From NCBI GenBank assembly GCA_030632175.1, contig DAOVVG010000002.1, positions 1 through 33,233 of the forward strand: 33,233 nt of DNA. The letters are read 5' to 3'. Position 1 is the first letter of the stretch. Every line of letters starts with the position of its first letter. The notes under the pieces were generated by a model. It was given only the letters and a program-made list of their open reading frames with translations, was not told where the DNA came from and did not search any database. This document shows, piece by piece, positions 28,880 through 33,233 of the stretch. The position numbers and the translations under genes are program-made. Origin of the DNA: Gammaproteobacteria bacterium. GTDB taxonomy: Bacteria > Pseudomonadota > Gammaproteobacteria > UBA9214.

Positions 28880-29034
28880 TGCGAAAGATTACATATCCAC
28901 ATGTAATCCATACACTTCCACTATCCTGGCAAACAGCAGGCTCGGCACAAGCGGTGTTCACATGACGGTCAAATCCAGTACAATGCTGCGGCAACTAACC
29001 GGCCATGCCCGGCACACACACGAGAAAATCGAAA

Positions 29035-29532
29035 ATGGTAACACTGGACGCAACAGGCACCTTATGGGCCATCGGCATACTGGGGCTACTGCTGGGTATC
29101 GGGCTGGGCGCCATCGTCACCTACACCCTGATGGCCCGCAACAGTCGCACCCACAGGCTACAGCGGGAACTGAACCAGCTTTCCGAGCGTTTTACCGACT
29201 ACCGCGACCAGGTAGGCCAGCACTTCATGCATACTTCCGACCTGGTGAAGGAAATGACGCGCAGTTACCGTGCCGTCTATGAACATCTGGCAACCGGTGC
29301 CCACCACCTGTGTGCAGAAGATCCTGCCGCACCGACACTGGCGCACCAGAACCCGGAGCAACTGGCTGCGGACAATACCGAAGAGATCGGCGCAACCAGT
29401 GCAGACTATGACGAGCTTGAAGAACTGACCAGTCTAAGGGAAGACATCGACGCACTGATGGGTGAAGCGCCCCGCATATCCGAACTTGATGTAAGGATTA
29501 AGACCACCAAGGATAAATCCGCACAACATTAG
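29035..29532 (+). CDS. zapG: YhcB/ZapG-family (DUF1043) inner-membrane protein
   Basis: N-terminal TM helix, then L..EL......F..YR..V..HF..TS.L...M...YR.VYEH.A, collinear with E. coli YhcB. The start is placed at MVTLD. The ORF track starts 10 codons upstream, at 29005. Confidence 0.75.
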   Translation: MVTLDATGTLWAIGILGLLLGIGLGAIVTYTLMARNSRTHRLQRELNQLSERFTDYRDQVGQHFMHTSDLVKEMTRSYRAVYEHLATGAHHLCAEDPAAPTLAHQNPEQLAADNTEEIGATSADYDELEELTSLREDIDALMGEAPRISELDVRIKTTKDKSAQH

Positions 29533-29714
29533 CCCTGTTTTTACAGTATGGCGACTGCAGCAAGGCACATTATATCCGTACCCGTAAGAAGCACCCTGCA
29601 CCCGATTTATAGTCTTTCTTTTCTGATTTCTGCATCCGTTCACAGTTTCTCCGCAATGCTTGTGCCAGGCTTGAATCTGCCGCCTGCAAGCACACCTACC
29701 CCGGGGAACAGGAC

Positions 29715-30188
29715 ATGGGTAACACATTACCGACAGGTATCATCTCAATAGTGCTGATCATCCTTCAGGGTTGCGCCATGACAACCGGCACAACATCGCA
29801 CACCTTTCAAAAGACTCTGACAGATATTCCGGCAGCTGACCCGGTACTTGATCATTATATTGCATGGATTCCGCTGGAGAAGGCACAAACAGCAGGCGTC
29901 GCCAGGGCGCTGACACATATATCACTGGGCAATGCCAGGGAACAGGCTGCCGAAGAACTGTGCGGCGACACCCGCATAATCAAACAACCGGTAACCGGCA
30001 GTGTCGGTCCCGTGCAAGCGCTGGCACCTGCGTCAGCGGGTGGTTATCCCGCCTGGTACTATCGCATCAGCCAGCCACCTGGCCTGCATGGCTGTAGCCG
30101 CACTGATAGCCACAGTTTCCACCAGGCAGTACAGGCTAGCCTGCCGGCATGGATAAACATACGTACAGCGGCAAACCAGCCTGAATAG
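29715..30188 (+). CDS. Hypothetical lipoprotein
   Basis: 157 aa with lipobox ILQGC after a hydrophobic h-region. I recognise no family. Confidence 0.55.
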   Translation: MGNTLPTGIISIVLIILQGCAMTTGTTSHTFQKTLTDIPAADPVLDHYIAWIPLEKAQTAGVARALTHISLGNAREQAAEELCGDTRIIKQPVTGSVGPVQALAPASAGGYPAWYYRISQPPGLHGCSRTDSHSFHQAVQASLPAWINIRTAANQPE

Positions 30189-30191
30189 GCC

Positions 30192-31562
30192 CTATCCTTC
30201 CCGCGCTGCCAGGCTTGCCTCCAGTTCGTCATCAACTGTCTGTACCAGACTCCTCAAGCTACGTTCTCCCAGCGCCGAGTTGCGCGCTGAATCCATCTCG
30301 GCCATGACCGCGTCAATCGCCTTCAGTGACTTCAAATGCTGCGCCGACACAACCCGGTTCTCCCCCGCAGTCCGGACGTCTGTAATGACATCAATCAGGC
30401 GGATTGTCTCGACATCATGCAAGGGCAGGTAAACCAGGGCATCGTCGCTGGTGATCTCGACCAGATACCCCGCATCCACAAGCACCCGGATAACACGGTG
30501 CACAGGCTCACCGGGCAAATCGAGATATTCAATAAACCGGTCCAGGCTCCAGGCCGGCCTGTCATGAAAATGGTTATAACCAACCAGGTACATAATCTGC
30601 AACGCCAGTTGTTCGCGTATCCGGTTACTGAGAACAACCGGGTCACGTTGCAGCGTCATGTAGCGTGGATGTTGTACAAAATACGCAATCTGGGAACCAA
30701 CCAGCAATATCAACCAGCTGAGATACATCCAGATCAGCAGCAGTATCAGAATCGCAAAACTGGAATAAATGGCTGCGTATTTCGAGGATGAAGCAATGAA
30801 GGCGGCAAAGCCCCAACCGGTTATTTTCCATATCACACCCGCAATCACGCCACCGATCAGCGCCGCTTTAAACTGCACACGGGTGTTCGGTATAAAAATA
30901 TAGATAAGCGTAAATGCCAGGCACACCAGAATGTACGGAACCAGCATACTGCCAAACAGCATCAGCGTACCGAACGGCTCTATAGCAGCGAGACGCTGTG
31001 CAACTTCCGTGTTCAAAACAGCTGCCGTGAAACCGACAGCACTGAATATCAGCACCGGGCCAATCAGGATGACGCTCAGGTAGTTACTGAAACGCTGCGA
31101 CAGTGCACGCAGGCTGTCAATTTGCCAGACAAAGTTAAAGGCCGCCTCGATTTTCTGCAGCAAGGCAATTACCGTGTAAATCAGCAGGGCAAAACCGATA
31201 GACCCGAGCACACCGACACGCACATTCTCTACAAAAGAGACAATCTTGTCAGTTATTTCCACACCACTCGGTCCAAGCGGCGTTAATACATTATAGAGCA
31301 GTACCTCAATTTTATTATGAACACCGAAGCTCTTGAGTACCGAAAAACTCACCGCCAGCAACGGCACAATCGACAACAATGTTGTATAGACAAGACTCAT
31401 GGCCCGCAGGTTTAGCTGGCCACCCATCAACTCCCTGAACAGCATGTGCAACACTCGCAGCACGAACACCACGAGCTTGTGCAGTCCCGCCAGATCCCGC
31501 AGGTCATCATCCCAGACAAATGCGTTCAGGCGCCCCAGTAATTGCTGTATCCCGAGAACCAT
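30192..31562 (-). CDS. YihY/BrkB-family inner-membrane protein with a roughly 150-aa cytoplasmic C-terminal extension that looks like a winged helix
   Basis: Membrane core collinear with E. coli YihY (..LVYTTLLSIVPLLAV.F..L..F.., ..IPNT.V......GG...). The extension contains W.LDRFIEYLDLPGEPVHRVIRVLVDAGYLVE. Confidence 0.8.
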   Translation of the reverse strand: MVLGIQQLLGRLNAFVWDDDLRDLAGLHKLVVFVLRVLHMLFRELMGGQLNLRAMSLVYTTLLSIVPLLAVSFSVLKSFGVHNKIEVLLYNVLTPLGPSGVEITDKIVSFVENVRVGVLGSIGFALLIYTVIALLQKIEAAFNFVWQIDSLRALSQRFSNYLSVILIGPVLIFSAVGFTAAVLNTEVAQRLAAIEPFGTLMLFGSMLVPYILVCLAFTLIYIFIPNTRVQFKAALIGGVIAGVIWKITGWGFAAFIASSSKYAAIYSSFAILILLLIWMYLSWLILLVGSQIAYFVQHPRYMTLQRDPVVLSNRIREQLALQIMYLVGYNHFHDRPAWSLDRFIEYLDLPGEPVHRVIRVLVDAGYLVEITSDDALVYLPLHDVETIRLIDVITDVRTAGENRVVSAQHLKSLKAIDAVMAEMDSARNSALGERSLRSLVQTVDDELEASLAAREG

Positions 31563-31826
31563 ACTGTTAATCCGTTGACTGCCCCATGAACCAGAGCGTT
31601 ATCAGGGCATCGGCATCCATTTCGGCGACTGAATCCGCACGGCCACCACCCCGTTTTGCGTGCATCATATCACCATCATCTGATCACCACCCGCCTTGCG
31701 GAGAGTGGCTTCCCGGCTGCTCAATTGAGCCCGGTGCAGACTGATTTCAACCCTGCAGAGGGCTAAAGATCAGTCCGTGTATGCCGATAGGACAGGATGA
31801 ATCACCATACCGGCACAGGTGGAGCA

Positions 31827-33233
31827 ATGAGCGAAGAATCAGGCAAAAAACAGCGGTTATTGATAGTAGACGACTCAAAGGTTATCCGGGTCACGGCACG
31901 CAAGATCTTGCAGGATCATTTCGAGACCGTTGAAGCCATTGATGGCGAAAATGCCTGGGAGATTCTCAGCAACGAGGATCACTTCTCCCTGATTGTCTCC
32001 GATCTCACCATGCCGGAACTCGACGGTTACGGATTGCTGGAACGTATCAGAAGTTCCCATGCTCCTCATATTCAGAATATACCGGTCATTGTTATTACCG
32101 GCTCTAATGATTCCGAAACAGTAAAGAAACGCGCTTCCAGCGCAGGCGCAACCGATTTTATCGGCAAGCCGTTTGACTCGATCGATCTGCTGGCACGCAC
32201 ACAGGCACTTGCAGATGCGTATACAACAACAACGATTTTGACGGAAGAGAATATCGCACTGGAGGACCAGCTGACAACGGATTCGTTAACCGGTCTCGCC
32301 AACGAATCGGCATTCATGGATCAGGGCTATCAACAACTCTCCTACGCAGTACGTCATAAATCCAGCATGGCTGTGTTTCGCATTGAAATCGATGACTTCG
32401 GCGACCTGTTCAAACAACATGGTGAATCAGCTTCTGAATCGATGGTCAAGGCTGTTGCAACCGTCCTGCAGTCCGGGATCCGGCATGAAGATCTGGCTGC
32501 ACGTACCGGAACAGCACGTTTCTCTCTGCTGCTAACCAACATGGACAAGACCGGCACCCGCAACCTGGCCGACCGTATCAACCGCGATATCAGTGCACGC
32601 ATTCTGAAGCAGGGTGACACAAAAATTAATTTTACTGTCAGTATCGGCGTTGCCGCACCTGACATTGTGCGGGATACACGTTTTGAAGAACTGCTGTCAG
32701 TCGCAGACAGTCGACTGGTATACGCAACCTCCAGCGGAGGCAACCAGGCTATTTATGAATGTGCTGAAAAACAGCCCCCGCTCCCGCAGAACTCTCCTGA
32801 AATTACTGAAACTGCAGACCCGGCACCACCGGTACCCGAAGAGGTCGCTGCCAGCATTCCGGAACCCGTCGAAACCGCGGTCGAAGCCGAACCCAAGCCC
32901 GAAGCCGAACCTGAAGCCGAACCCGAACTCATACTTGAGGACATGGTGGCCTCTGAGACAGAAGAGCTAACGCTGTCAGACGATCAACTACCCACTGTTG
33001 AATGTCGCAGTACAGCTGACCCCGACTGTCAACCTGCGAAATTTTCCGGTCCGGTATCCGAACTGGCTACCGACCACTCCAGTGACTCTGCAACCTTCAC
33101 CAGCAGCACACCGACCAGCGAACCAGCCAGCGAACCGGTCGACATACCGGCAAGCATCCCGGAAACAGCAGGTGACACAACAGCCGCCAATCATTTTACC
33201 GGCAAAACGATTGTTGTAGACGTACCAGGCAGC
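31827..33233 (+). CDS. Response regulator: REC, a degenerate GGDEF (GTARF) with a retained RxxD I-site, and an acidic Pro/Glu-rich tail. 3'-truncated by the window end.
   Basis: My own translation of the frame from the ATG at 31827 (SD AGGTGGAG) is open for 469 codons to the end. It begins MSEESGKKQRLLIVDDS..VSDLTMPELDG..GKPF (REC), then LTGLAN...IRHEDLAARTGTARFSLLL...TVSIGVA. It is not in the ORF track because it has no stop codon. Confidence 0.85.
   Translation, partial: MSEESGKKQRLLIVDDSKVIRVTARKILQDHFETVEAIDGENAWEILSNEDHFSLIVSDLTMPELDGYGLLERIRSSHAPHIQNIPVIVITGSNDSETVKKRASSAGATDFIGKPFDSIDLLARTQALADAYTTTTILTEENIALEDQLTTDSLTGLANESAFMDQGYQQLSYAVRHKSSMAVFRIEIDDFGDLFKQHGESASESMVKAVATVLQSGIRHEDLAARTGTARFSLLLTNMDKTGTRNLADRINRDISARILKQGDTKINFTVSIGVAAPDIVRDTRFEELLSVADSRLVYATSSGGNQAIYECAEKQPPLPQNSPEITETADPAPPVPEEVAASIPEPVETAVEAEPKPEAEPEAEPELILEDMVASETEELTLSDDQLPTVECRSTADPDCQPAKFSGPVSELATDHSSDSATFTSSTPTSEPASEPVDIPASIPETAGDTTAANHFTGKTIVVDVPGS
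32883..32927 (+). repeat. In-frame 12-nt tandem repeat (gaagccgaaccc) encoding (EAEP)n
   Basis: gaagccgaaccc aagccc gaagccgaacct gaagccgaaccc gaa, giving EAEPKPEAEPEAEPE. A second short repeat, agcgaacc(a/g)gcc, lies near 33115-33140. Confidence 0.8.

Noticed and set aside
28883-28910. AT-rich 8-bp hairpin gattacat-atccac-atgtaatc after yggS, considered as a terminator
   Set aside because: The stem is weak and AT-rich, with no trailing T-run. It could be a protein-binding palindrome, but I have no supporting evidence.
32883-33140. Short tandem nucleotide repeats that could suggest a CRISPR array or microsatellite
   Set aside because: The units are 12 nt, contiguous and in-frame, encoding (EAEP)n and SEP-rich low-complexity protein. 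There is no repeat-spacer architecture. No CRISPR-like array was seen anywhere in the window.
31875-33219. Several minus- and plus-strand ORFs of 60-130 aa listed by the ORF track in the last 1.4 kb
   Set aside because: All overlap the unlisted +1-frame REC-GGDEF* gene starting at 31827, which has a clear SD, REC and GGDEF-fold homology. The listed ORFs are Ser/Ala/Pro-rich shadows of it.

Overview
This 33.2 kb window looks like ordinary core chromosome from a Gram-negative, gammaproteobacterium-like genome of intermediate GC. It may be a whole draft contig, because both ends stop in repeats. I recognised almost every gene by reading the translations.

Gene content, in order:
- ribF-ileS-lspA-fkpB on the minus strand, in E. 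coli-like order, then murJ.
- rpsT, which uses a TTG start as in E. coli.
- proB, obgE, rpmA and rplU on the minus strand.
- ispB, followed 1 nt later by tRNA-Pro(CGG).
- A GAF-PP2C-RsbW-like kinase fusion with an overlapping STAS gene, directly upstream of mlaE-mlaD-mlaA-mlaC.
- A convergent rsd-mazG-mlaF string.
- A cysteine-less IscR-like regulator plus iscU, with no other isc genes.
- A doubly degenerate REC-REC-GGDEF-EAL protein.
- Assorted housekeeping and accessory genes: RibD_C-like reductase, YkgJ-type Cys-cluster protein, two Nudix hydrolases, a DUF4382-like lipoprotein, a chalcone-isomerase-like protein, a 2-hydroxyacid dehydrogenase, yggS, zapG/yhcB, a lipoprotein and a YihY-family membrane protein.
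- A 3'-truncated REC-degenerate GGDEF gene. It is absent from the supplied ORF track because it runs off the window end.

I found no CRISPR array, transposase, integrase, prophage, defence system or biosynthetic cluster.

Observations worth a second look:
1. The kinase/phosphatase plus phosphorylatable STAS module is fused in context to a split Mla lipid-transport locus that has no other MlaB candidate.
2. A 265-bp nested-palindrome element with perfect 33-bp termini lies between the rpmA terminator and obgE.
3. A 248-bp fold-back at the window start mirrors the 3' end of fkpB around a GTAG-type REP doublet. It is either an assembly artefact or a real inverted duplication.
4. The IscR-like regulator lacks its cluster ligands but sits behind a type-1-like operator.
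5. Two degenerate c-di-GMP-type proteins are probably receptors rather than enzymes.

All family calls come from reading the sequence and from memory. No database search was run.
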